Below the pieces are notes generated by a model that worked only from the letters and a program-made list of their open reading frames with translations, did no database searches and was not told the origin of the DNA. Made by a program: the position numbers and the translations under genes. This document shows positions 10,816 through 18,725 of a stretch of DNA of 64,000 nt, piece by piece; within the stretch, counting starts at the first letter, position 1; every line of letters begins with the position of its first letter. Source of the stretch: Candidatus Kaiserbacteria bacterium (GTDB lineage: Bacteria > Patescibacteriota > Minisyncoccia > Phycocordibacterales > Phycocordibacteraceae); assembly GCA_963813065.1 (NCBI GenBank), contig CAWEXP010000009.1:1931-65930 (forward strand), in the 5' to 3' direction.

Positions 10816-11199
10816 GTGATTATTCTTGAAAAGATGTCTCGCAAAATCTCGTTCTCTGCGGGCAATCATTTCCGTCGCGCCAATTTTATCGAAGAAATTG
10901 GCGATAGCTCAATGGTGGTGTGCGTTTGGTCGCAGTGTTCATTATGGGATACAGGCGTCTTCCGTGTCAGGCATGTGCCTGTCGTCGACACGGGCGTTGA
11001 AGTGTTCCAGCGTGGTCAGCCGATTCTCGACATCACCCAACAAATCAAGGGATATGCTCCCGCGAGCCTCATCACACCTCTTGAGCACCTCACTACCAAT
11101 GTTTCCTTGTGGAAACTGAAAGTGAGTCTTGAATCATCGGTCCTCGATGCGGTTGGCAAGGTATCGTTCCCAGACTTTCTTAACATCGAGTTCGAATAA
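10816..11199 (+). CDS. hypothetical protein (island gene)
   Basis: A GTG start with a perfect AAGGAG Shine-Dalgarno 7 nt upstream. The ORF track's upstream TTG at 10759 is the less likely start. Terminator CCCCGCGCAATGCGGGGATTTTTATT follows. Confidence 0.4.
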   Translation: MIILEKMSRKISFSAGNHFRRANFIEEIGDSSMVVCVWSQCSLWDTGVFRVRHVPVVDTGVEVFQRGQPILDITQQIKGYAPASLITPLEHLTTNVSLWKLKVSLESSVLDAVGKVSFPDFLNIEFE

Positions 11200-11228
11200 C
11201 GTGCCTGCCCCGCGCAATGCGGGGATTT

Positions 11229-11996
11229 TTATTGTTGATACTGCGGTTGAAGAATGGTGCGAATCTGCGAGACCGGGATGCGGAGCGTCTGCGGGCCCGA
11301 GGAGTACGGCGCGACCTGGTAGGGAGCGAAGAGGATAATGAAATCCTTGTTGTCGAAGAAGAAATTCTGGAAATTAGCGGCTTCGGGCGTCGTGCCGGGG
11401 TTGATGAAGGTCGGGTCAGCGCTATCGCCGATGATGGCGGGGAGCATCTGCCGCGCGAGGGTCGAGAGTGTGCCCAGATAATCGGAACCGCTCAAGAAAA
11501 TATCGCTCAAGGCGAGTGCTTGTCCGGTCGAGGTGTCGAAGGTGAGGGTCGAGAAGCTCGTGTTGGGGTGCGCGCCGAGCGTATCTTCGTAGGTGGTGAA
11601 GATGTAGGAAACCGTGCGGGGCGAAGAAGCGATGAGGTAGGTAATCTGGAGCGATTCTTTGCTTCCTTTATCGAATCCCATCATCGAAATGTCGCGCAGT
11701 GAGAGATGGTCGAAGTTGCCCTGCGTCTTGAAGTCGCTAATAATCCCGCTGACGAGCGATTGGATCTTCGCAATGGCGGCGCGGTCGGCCGCGGCACCCG
11801 CAGTTTCAGCGAGCGGGGTCGAGGTCGGATAGTTGGCGGCAATGTCGTAGTACGGCGCGTGCTCGGTGTCGCCGCCCTCTGGAAGCGTGAGAACGACGGG
11901 CGCCGAGACTGGCGTCGGCTTCACTGCCGCGTAGAACACAATCCCCACCACAATCACGACCAGCACCGCGCCACCGATAATCAGTTCTTTTTTCAT
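11229..11996 (-). CDS. membrane-anchored DUF3298/DUF4163-like (RsiV/PdaC-type) protein
   Basis: An N-terminal TM helix, then ...YYDIAANYP...ITYLIASSPRTVSYIFTTYEDTLGAHPNTSFSTLTFD... Confidence 0.5.
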   Translation of the reverse strand: MKKELIIGGAVLVVIVVGIVFYAAVKPTPVSAPVVLTLPEGGDTEHAPYYDIAANYPTSTPLAETAGAAADRAAIAKIQSLVSGIISDFKTQGNFDHLSLRDISMMGFDKGSKESLQITYLIASSPRTVSYIFTTYEDTLGAHPNTSFSTLTFDTSTGQALALSDIFLSGSDYLGTLSTLARQMLPAIIGDSADPTFINPGTTPEAANFQNFFFDNKDFIILFAPYQVAPYSSGPQTLRIPVSQIRTILQPQYQQ

Positions 11997-12048
11997 GTGA
12001 ACAGTCTAGCAAATCGGGCGAATATGGGCGCGTGATAGAATAACGAGC

Positions 12049-12426
12049 ATGAAGAAGGTCACAAAATCGATCGCGATTAAGGAGCCCACCCTTACGGAGG
12101 TTCTCGCTGTTATGAATGAGCGTTTCGACGTGGCTGAATCTCGTATGGAAAATAGATTTGGTGACATTGAAATCCGCATCGACAAACGTTTCAATTCTTT
12201 GAATGAGCGCTCGAACGGAATCGACGCGCGACTTGGTGTTATTGAAAGGCGGGCTGGTAAAATTGAGAACACTCTCGGCGATATACAAGATGATTTGACT
12301 TCCGCACTTGCCGCCACCGATAACGATGGTTCTGCGATTTTGAATCACGAACACCGCATCGCGCACCTAGAGAAATTGAGCAATATTAAAATCGTTCCAC
12401 CCCGGCATCTCGTCGGTCTTGAATAG
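12049..12426 (+). CDS. hypothetical coiled-coil protein (paralog of 6977..7291)
   Basis: MKKV...KEPTLTEVLAVMNERFD...RFGDIEIRIDKRFNSL...HEHRIAHLEK. A bidirectional terminator with a GATTAC loop follows. Confidence 0.5.
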   Translation: MKKVTKSIAIKEPTLTEVLAVMNERFDVAESRMENRFGDIEIRIDKRFNSLNERSNGIDARLGVIERRAGKIENTLGDIQDDLTSALAATDNDGSAILNHEHRIAHLEKLSNIKIVPPRHLVGLE

Positions 12427-12458
12427 AAAAACCCCGCCGATTACGGCGGGGTATCGTC

Positions 12459-12776
12459 TTACTCTTCGTTTGGGTTATAACTGAGTAAACGACCTCTTCT
12501 GGTTTGCGTGTTGTAAGTGCCTTTCAGGTATAAGTATTCACGATTTTTATACCGCTCAAGGGACGGTGCATTGACCAGATGGCCGTTACATACGATTTCC
12601 CACGGCTCGCCCTCACCAGAGCCTCGCTTAACTATGTCGATGGTTAGACTGTAGACATATTCTCCATCTCCGCCGTGGAAATGGAATTTCTGGGGAACGC
12701 CCTGAGCGAGTCCTGGAATTAACAACCCCCATTGCGAAGGACCGTTCACAACGAGATAATTCACTCCATGGGCCAT
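12459..12776 (-). CDS. hypothetical protein
   Basis: 105-aa ORF convergent with the 12049 ORF. Confidence 0.35.
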   Translation of the reverse strand: MAHGVNYLVVNGPSQWGLLIPGLAQGVPQKFHFHGGDGEYVYSLTIDIVKRGSGEGEPWEIVCNGHLVNAPSLERYKNREYLYLKGTYNTQTRRGRLLSYNPNEE

Positions 12777-12860
12777 CCGACCCTCCTTTGATACATGATC
12801 TCCTCATCGGTGCGGAAATCGAACACCCTGACTCCTCGCGGAGCGACCTACCCATACAGA

Positions 12861-13923
12861 CGCGCATTCTCATATGAATCCGAACACTCGCGGTATTGTG
12901 CGTGCATGAAAAAAGAAACGTTGGAAGCAGCTGAGCACGAGCGAGCGGTCTGAGATTTCAATACTGAAGCGCAAGAAGTATTCGCTCCGTGCGATTGCTC
13001 GAGCTCTTGGCCGCAGTGTTTCCAGCATCTCGGAAGAGTTGAAGAGGAATCGAGTGCGAGGTTTGTATGATGTACAGAAGGCTGCACACAAGGCGTATGC
13101 ACGAAGAAAGTACGCGAAGTATCAAGGCATGAAGATCGTCGGGCATGCGGGTCTGCGTTCACTCGTGGAAGAGCTGTTGTATGACGACCAATCGCCCGAG
13201 AACATCGCCGGAAGAGTCCGGAAGTATGCCAAGCGTCTGCCGACCATCTCGAAAGACGGCGTGTACCGATTCATCAAAAGCGTGTATGGCCGGAGAATTG
13301 AGTCGCATCGGAACGCGCGAAAGCAGAAACGAAGAAAGTATCACCCGAGAGTCGCGGCTCTTTCAGAGCGAACCTTCATCGACAAACGGCCCAGGCATAT
13401 CAACGCTCGTTCGAGGAGCGGAGATGTCGAGGCTGACTTCATTGTCTCGGGCAAGACTGGCAGAGGCATCCTGCTCGTGGTGGTCGACCGGAAGCTCCGC
13501 GTCACGTTCATCGAACGCATTCTCGATGTGTCAGTGGCGAACGTGCACCGGGCATTCCTCCGCATTCAACAGAGATTCCCCGAGCTCCGCACCATCACCA
13601 CTGACAACGATATTTTGTTCCAGATCATCAGGCACTCGCCACTCTTCTGGGGGTGCGCATCTATTTCTGTCGGCCGTATCACTCCTGGGAGAAAGGAACG
13701 GTTGAGAATACAAACGGCGTCATACGCAAAGACATACCGAAAGGCGCAAACATTTCTCGCTATTCAAAGGCATTTATACAAAAGCTCGAGGACAAGCTGA
13801 ACCGGAGGATACTGAAATGCCTCCAATACAAAACTCCGGCGGAAGCATTAGCTGCGGTACGGAAACGAAAAAAGCGCCGAGGCGCATGAAATTCGAGTGT
13901 TCGGATTGAGCCCGTCGAGCGGG
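12861..13923 (+). mobile_element. IS30-family insertion sequence, copy 1 (1063 bp; 3-bp TSD AGA)
   Basis: Ends CGCGCATTCTCATATGAATCCGAACACTCG ... CGAGTGTTCGGATTGAGCCCGTCGAGCGGG share the inverted core AATCCGAACACTCG. The flanks are acAGA|IS|AGAta. The copy is identical to 40332-41395 except for a 1-bp deletion. Confidence 0.85.
12906..13889 (+). pseudogene. IS30 family transposase, copy 1 (extra 1-bp deletion at ~13618 splits the DDE domain)
   Basis: The HTH region ...KKKRWKQLSTSERSEISILKRKKYSLRAIARALGRSVSSISEELKRN... lies in the +1 frame relative to the ATG at 12906. The DDE region ...TTDNDILF follows. This copy reads ttccagatc where copy 2 reads ttccgagatc. Confidence 0.8.
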
Positions 13924-14016
13924 AGATAGGAATTGATTTCAATATACACCCTTATGCAAATCTGTCAAAGTTTTAAAATGGGCTAGGGATTCTCGGGCAA
14001 TTTGGATTTGCCCGAG

Positions 14017-14045
14017 TTGACGGCTGGGAGAGACTCGTGTATCTT
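14017..14045 (+). promoter_or_regulatory. candidate promoter (TTGACG-17-TATCTT) re-initiating transcription of rpsS and downstream genes after the IS30/island insertion
   Basis: -35/-10-like hexamers with 17-nt spacing, 36 nt upstream of rpsS. Confidence 0.35.
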
Positions 14046-14049
14046 GCCT

Positions 14050-14078
14050 CTATCCCGTTCGGCGGGATATTTATTTCA
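14050..14078 (+). promoter_or_regulatory. terminator-like hairpin in the rpsS leader (possible attenuator)
   Basis: CCCGTTCGGCGGGATATTTATTT lies between the candidate promoter and the rpsS ATG. It is the same motif family as the hairpins at 10733 and 11204. Confidence 0.35.
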
Positions 14079-14080
14079 CT

Positions 14081-14485
14081 ATGGCACGATCACTCAAGAA
14101 GGGACCCTACGTGGACGTCAAACTCCTCAAAAAGGTCCAAAAAGCTCAGTCCCGCACCGCGGGGGTGATTAAGACGTGGGCGCGCGGAAGCCGAATCAGC
14201 CCGGAAATGGTTGGTTTCACCTTCGGCGTCCACAACGGCAAGAGCCACATTGAGGTCCTCGTCTCTGAGGAGATGGTGGGGCATCGGCTCGGTGAATTCT
14301 CGCCGACCAAGAAGTTCATCCGCCACGGTGGCAAGATGCAGAAGGAGCTCGAACAGAAGCGCCAGGAGTCGGAGGTCGCCGCCGCCAAGGCCGCCTCTGC
14401 CGCTCCGCCGCTAAGAAATAATTTGTATGAAAGCGACTCTCGAAAGCCACAATCAGTCCCCGCGCAAGGTCCGCCTCGTGGCTGA
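14081..14485 (+). CDS. rpsS: 30S ribosomal protein S19; 3' boundary uncertain (reads 59 nt into rplV)
   Basis: [19 protein letters not shown]...[45 protein letters not shown]... The ORF runs ~40 aa past the usual S19 end to a TGA at 14483. Confidence 0.7.
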   Translation: MARSLKKGPYVDVKLLKKVQKAQSRTAGVIKTWARGSRISPEMVGFTFGVHNGKSHIEVLVSEEMVGHRLGEFSPTKKFIRHGGKMQKELEQKRQESEVAAAKAASAAPPLRNNLYESDSRKPQSVPAQGPPRG

Positions 14486-14744
14486 CCTCGTGAAAGGGAA
14501 GAAGGTCCCGGCGGCGCTCTCGGCGCTCGCGTTCCTCCCCAAGCGCGCGAGCGAGCCAGTCGCCAAGCTCATCAAGAGCGCGGCCGCTAATGCCAAGGAC
14601 AAGGGCGAGAACCCGAAGAGCTCACGATAGGTCAATCACCCGTCGAGAGCGCGGAAATGTCGAAGCGTTTCATGCCGCCACGCCTTCGGCCGCGCCTCGG
14701 CGATTCGCCACAAGAAGAGCCGCATTAAGGTCGTCCTCGCGTAA
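14427..14744 (+). pseudogene. rplV: 50S ribosomal protein L22 with an in-frame TAG at 14628-14630
   Basis: [27 protein letters not shown]...[55 protein letters not shown]. Homology to L22 continues in the same frame across the stop. Confidence 0.7.
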
Positions 14745-14749
14745 CTTCT

Positions 14750-15439
14750 ATGACTCACACCGTACATCCCTATGCGCACCGCCTCGGCATCATCCGCGAC
14801 TGGAAGAGCCGTTGGTTCGCCGCCGACAAGAAGAGCTACCGCGAGAATATCAAGGTAGACGCCGCACTCCGCGCCTTCCTCGAGAAGAAGCTCCACGGTA
14901 CCTACACCTCGGGTATCGACATCGAGCGCTCGGCGACCGAGCTCCGCGTGATCCTGGCCACCGCCCGCCCCGGCTCGTGATTGGTCGCTCGGGCGAGAAC
15001 GCCGCCGAGCTCCGCGCCGAGATCACTAAGGTCGCCCGCAAGGTGGCGCCTCTTGATCGCCGCACGGTGAAGTTCGATATCGTCGAAGTGCGCCAGCCGG
15101 AGACAGACGCGGCGGTCGTCGCGGCGATGGTCGCCGAAGGCCTTGAGAAGCGTATGCCCTTCCGCCGCGTGCTCAAGCAGACGGTCGAGAAAGTGAAGGC
15201 CGTCCGCGAGGTCGAGGGCGTGCGCATCACGATCAGTGGCCGCCTCGGCGGCGCCGAGATGTCGCGCAAAGAGGAAATCAAGCGCGGACGCATCCCGCTC
15301 CAGACCTTCCGTGCGGACATCGACTGGCCTATGGCAAAGCTCCAGCTCCGTACGCGTCATCGACATCAAGGTTTGGATTTACCGCGGCAATATCTTCGCC
15401 GAGAAGAAGGCGGCAAGCCCGAGCCTCTCGCGGGCCTAA
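14750..15439 (+). pseudogene. rpsC: 30S ribosomal protein S3 with at least two frameshifts
   Basis: The N-terminus MTHTVHPYAHRLGIIRDWKSRWFA...ILATARPG ends at 14980. The next segment LVIGRSGENAAELRAEITK...GRLGGAEMSRKEEIKRGRIPLQTFRADID reads in another frame; a 1-nt deletion occurs at ggc(c)tcgtg. The C-terminus VIDIKVWIYRGNIF is in a third frame. Confidence 0.75.
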
Positions 15440-15448
15440 TACATTGCT

Positions 15449-15861
15449 ATGCTTTTCCCTAAAAAGTAAAACACCGCAAGTGGCAGACTCAGCGCAAGAG
15501 CGCTAGCGTCTCGCGCGCCCGGACACGCGCGGTACCTCAGTCTCTTCGGCTCCTTCGGACTCAAGGCGCTCACTTCGGCGCGTGTCACGAGCAACCAGAT
15601 TAAGCGGCGCGCAAAGTGCTCACCCGCGCAGTGGCCAAGAGCGGCAAGCTCTGATCGCATCTTCCCGATCGCCCCGTCACGGCGAAGCCGGCGGAGGTGG
15701 GCATGGGTTCGGGCAAGGGCGACCCGAAGCTCTACGTCTGAGGTGCGCCAGGTCGCGTACTCTTTGAGATTGACGGTGTCAGCGAGGCGGTGGCCCGCGC
15801 ACACCTCATCCAGGCAGGGTCGAAAGTGCCCGTGAAGACGAGCATCGTCGTGCGCCGTTAA
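15449..15861 (+). pseudogene. rplP: 50S ribosomal protein L16 with at least 2-3 frameshifts and two in-frame TGA codons
   Basis: MLFPKK then a stop. VKHRK... is in another frame and ...LSLFGSFGLKALTSARVTSNQI in a third. The segment [63 protein letters not shown]...VKTSIVVRR follows. The first TGA aligns with the conserved Trp of uL16. Confidence 0.7.
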
Positions 15862-15893
15862 TTGCAGTATTTCAATATATATGGCAAAGAGAG

Positions 15894-16085
15894 ATGACAT
15901 GCATAAGAAGACAGATCAGGAACATGCGCGCACTCCTCGCGAGCGAGCGGGTGAATCTGCACAAACTCCGCTTCGAGGCGGCGGGTGCGCGCCCCAAGGA
16001 TTCGAGCGCGCCGCGCGTGGCACGGAAGCAGATCGCACGTATACTGACCGAACAGCGTTCGCGCGTCATCAAGGCCACAAAATAA
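15894..16085 (+). CDS. rpmC: 50S ribosomal protein L29
   Basis: ...NLHKLRFEAAGARPKDSSAPRVARKQIARILT... has the uL29 LRFQ...G...VRR.IAR..T pattern. AAGAGAG lies upstream of the ATG. Confidence 0.55.
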   Translation: MTCIRRQIRNMRALLASERVNLHKLRFEAAGARPKDSSAPRVARKQIARILTEQRSRVIKATK

Positions 16086-16087
16086 AT

Positions 16088-16351
16088 ATGGAAAACAAAA
16101 CCCCTCGTCCCCAATCGTTCACTGGCACCGTCGTCAAGACGGCGATGAAGGTACGGCCACCGTGCGCGTCGACCGCTCGTGAAGCATGCGAAGTACAAGA
16201 AGTATTTCGTTCGCTCCAAGAAGTACTCGTGCACGATGCGGGCAACACGGCGGCGGTGGGCGACAAGGTCACTATCGTTGCGACGCGCCCCATTTCGAAG
16301 TTGAAGCGCTTCGCGATTGCTTCAACGACGCTCAGCACCGGCAAAAAATAA
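16088..16351 (+). pseudogene. rpsQ: 30S ribosomal protein S17 with three 1-nt deletions
   Basis: Homologous segments in three frames: MENKTPRPQSFTGTVVKTAMK, GTATVRVDRS, VKHAKYKKYFVRSKKYS, and VHDAGNTAAVGDKVTIVATRPISKLKRF. Every shift goes in the same -1 direction. Confidence 0.65.
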
Positions 16352-16352
16352 T

Positions 16353-16730
16353 ATGTTGCAACCTCAATCAATCGTCATGGTGGCAGATAACTCCGGAGGG
16401 CAGATTGCCCGCATCTTCAAGGTGCCCGGAGGTTCTAAGCGCCGCTATGCTGCCATCGGCGATATCGTCGTCGTTTCGATCCAGACCGCTCAGCCGCGCA
16501 AGGCGGTGAAAAAGAAAGAGATTTACAAGGCGGTGGTCGTCCGTCAGGTCAAGCCGTTTGCCCGCAAAGACGGTTCCTACATTCGCTTCGACGAGAACGC
16601 CGTGGTGCTGATCGAGAAGCAGGGCAAGGAGATGGGCCCCAAGGGTAACCGCGTCTTCGGTCCCGTACCGCGCGAGCTCACCGACCGCGGCTGGCACAAC
16701 ATCGCCTCGATTGCTCCGGAAGTCGTCTAA
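16353..16730 (+). CDS. rplN: 50S ribosomal protein L14
   Basis: MLQPQSIVMVADNSGG...GPVPREL...; intact. Confidence 0.9.
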   Translation: MLQPQSIVMVADNSGGQIARIFKVPGGSKRRYAAIGDIVVVSIQTAQPRKAVKKKEIYKAVVVRQVKPFARKDGSYIRFDENAVVLIEKQGKEMGPKGNRVFGPVPRELTDRGWHNIASIAPEVV

Positions 16731-16740
16731 TATTTTTAGT

Positions 16741-16965
16741 ATGAAACTCCACGTTAAAAAAGGCGACACGGTGAAGATTCTTTCCGGCAAGGACAAGGGC
16801 AAGAAAGGTCTCGTTATGCGCGCTCTGCCTAAGGAAGGGAAGGTTGTTGTCGAGGGCATTGCACTCGTCAAGCGCCATCTGCGCAAGCAGGGCGGCCAAT
16901 CGGGACACATCGTCGAGCGACCCGCCGCTATCGACGCTTCGAATGTCGCAAAGATCGAGAAATAA
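16741..16965 (+). CDS. rplX: 50S ribosomal protein L24
   Basis: MKLHVKKGDTVKILSGKDKGKKG...VEGIALVKRH... Confidence 0.9.
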   Translation: MKLHVKKGDTVKILSGKDKGKKGLVMRALPKEGKVVVEGIALVKRHLRKQGGQSGHIVERPAAIDASNVAKIEK

Positions 16966-16968
16966 TTT

Positions 16969-17541
16969 ATGAACATCACCAAACAACGCCAGCAAACCGC
17001 CTACGATGCGCTCCGCGCAGACTTCGGCTACACCTCGCCGATGCAGTCGCCGCGCGTGTTGAAGGCCATTGTCTCCACCGGCGTCGGTAAGAAGCGCGAT
17101 AAGAAGCAGATCGAGCTCATCAGCGAGCGCCTTGCCCGCATCACGGGACAGAAGGCGGCACCGCGCTCGGCCAAGCTCTCCATTGCATCCTTCAAGGTCC
17201 GCCAGGGCGATACGGTTGGCCTCCAGGTCACGCTCCATGGCGCACGCATGTTCGACTTCCTCGACAAGCTCATCCACATCGCGCTCCCGCGCACGCGCGA
17301 CTTCCGCGGTATTGCGGCCTCGGCCATCGACGACATGGGCAATATTACGATTGGCATCAAGGAGAACACCATCTTCCCGGAGACCTCCGATGAAGACCTT
17401 AAAGATGTCTTCGGTCTCGCCATCACCATCGTCACCACGGCCAAGTCGAAGAACGAGGCCGATGCCTTCCTCCGCCACCTCGGCGTCCCGCTCCGCCCGC
17501 TCGAAGAGCCCAAGGTGAAAGTACGAGCGAAGAAAAAATAA
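16969..17541 (+). CDS. rplE: 50S ribosomal protein L5
   Basis: 190 aa uL5; intact. Confidence 0.9.
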   Translation: MNITKQRQQTAYDALRADFGYTSPMQSPRVLKAIVSTGVGKKRDKKQIELISERLARITGQKAAPRSAKLSIASFKVRQGDTVGLQVTLHGARMFDFLDKLIHIALPRTRDFRGIAASAIDDMGNITIGIKENTIFPETSDEDLKDVFGLAITIVTTAKSKNEADAFLRHLGVPLRPLEEPKVKVRAKKK

Positions 17542-17760
17542 TCTCGTTTTACAAAAATTGAAATGGCCCGTGCGAGCGCGGGTCATTTCGTTTGCATTGT
17601 AGTACACGACGTTCTCACGGAGGCGCGCTATGCACAGGCATCCACTAAATACTGCTATAGCAGAAAATAAAGGATAGTGCGTAAAAGGATGGGAAGTTGC
17701 GTTTCTGCCAAGTTCGGGGTATGGTCGCGGCAGACGAAACGCTTACGAGAGGTGAATTCG

Positions 17761-17922
17761 ATGAGCATCTTTTCTATTTTAGGAATTGCGGCCTTGGTAA
17801 TAGGTCTACTCACACATCAAACTCCAAGTACTCGTGCCATCATTCTTTCCGCGTGTCTCGTCTTCTTCGGTATTGGATTCTTCTGGCCATCATTCTTGAT
17901 GGTGCCACCATACTGGAATTAA
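17761..17922 (+). CDS. small hydrophobic protein (2 TM) inserted between rplE and rpsN
   Basis: A GAGGTG Shine-Dalgarno precedes MSIFSILGIAALVIGLLTHQTPSTRAIILSACLVFFGIGFFWPSFLMVPPYWN. It is flanked by hairpins at 17563-17590 and 17931-17957. Confidence 0.3.
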   Translation: MSIFSILGIAALVIGLLTHQTPSTRAIILSACLVFFGIGFFWPSFLMVPPYWN

Positions 17923-18034
17923 GGACATCAAACCCCGCTTCGGTGGGGTCTTTTTATAGGCAGGGGAGCGACGTTTGACGCCGGAAACCCTTGGTGATAC
18001 AGTGCTCGCACGCTCCTCGGAGCTTTTATTTTGT

Positions 18035-18304
18035 ATGGCAAAGAAATCCCAGATTGCACGGCAGGCAAAACGCGAGAAGCTCGTGGCGAAATTCGCTACT
18101 AAGCGCGCGGCTCTTAAGTCTGCCGGTGACTGGGATGGCCTGCAGGCGCTCCCGAAGAACTCTTCGCCGGTGCGGTTGAAGAATCGTTGCTCCGCGACCG
18201 GTCGTAGCCGCGGGTATATGCGCGCCTTTGGGCTCTCGCGCATCGAGTTCCGCGAGCTCGCACGCGCGGGCAAGATTCCGGGCGTGAAGAAGGCTTCTTG
18301 GTAA
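18035..18304 (+). CDS. rpsN: 30S ribosomal protein S14 (long form)
   Basis: [20 protein letters not shown]...[39 protein letters not shown]. Confidence 0.85.
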   Translation: MAKKSQIARQAKREKLVAKFATKRAALKSAGDWDGLQALPKNSSPVRLKNRCSATGRSRGYMRAFGLSRIEFRELARAGKIPGVKKASW

Positions 18305-18318
18305 TTTTCGATACTGCT

Positions 18319-18723
18319 ATGACCACCGACAAAGTTGGCGATTTCATCATCCGTTTGCAGAATGCGAGCATGATTGGCCGCGCTACGACGAGCGCACCGT
18401 ATTCCAAGCACCTCGAATCCATCGCGCGCAAGCTGAAGGCGCTCGGCTTTGTGAGCGAGGTTGCGGTCGATGCTAAAGATGAAGCGGGCGTGAAGAAGAA
18501 TCTCATCGTCACCCTCGCGTACGATGCGCGCGGCAAGGCGAAGATTCACGGTGTGAAGCGCATCTCTAAGCCGGGTCGCCGCCTCTATGTCGGTCACACT
18601 GACGCCCACTCGGTCGAGGGTGGCACGGGCGCACGCATCATCTCGACGCCTTCCGGTATCTACTCGGATCGCGACGCGCGCTCCAAGCGTGTCGGTGGCG
18701 AGAACATGTTCGAAATTTGGTAA
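18319..18723 (+). CDS. rpsH: 30S ribosomal protein S8
   Basis: MTTDKVGDFIIRLQNASMIG...; the ORF-track start at 18298 is an extension. Confidence 0.9.
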   Translation: MTTDKVGDFIIRLQNASMIGRATTSAPYSKHLESIARKLKALGFVSEVAVDAKDEAGVKKNLIVTLAYDARGKAKIHGVKRISKPGRRLYVGHTDAHSVEGGTGARIISTPSGIYSDRDARSKRVGGENMFEIW

Positions 18724-18725
18724 CT

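Noticed and set aside
15449-15861. Genome-wide stop-codon reassignment (UGA=Trp or Gly) suggested by in-frame TGA in rplP
   Set aside because: TGA, TAG and TAA all terminate many otherwise full-length conserved genes here and are followed directly by intrinsic terminators. Trp is encoded by TGG throughout L2 and L4. The in-frame stops are confined to the lesion-dense block.
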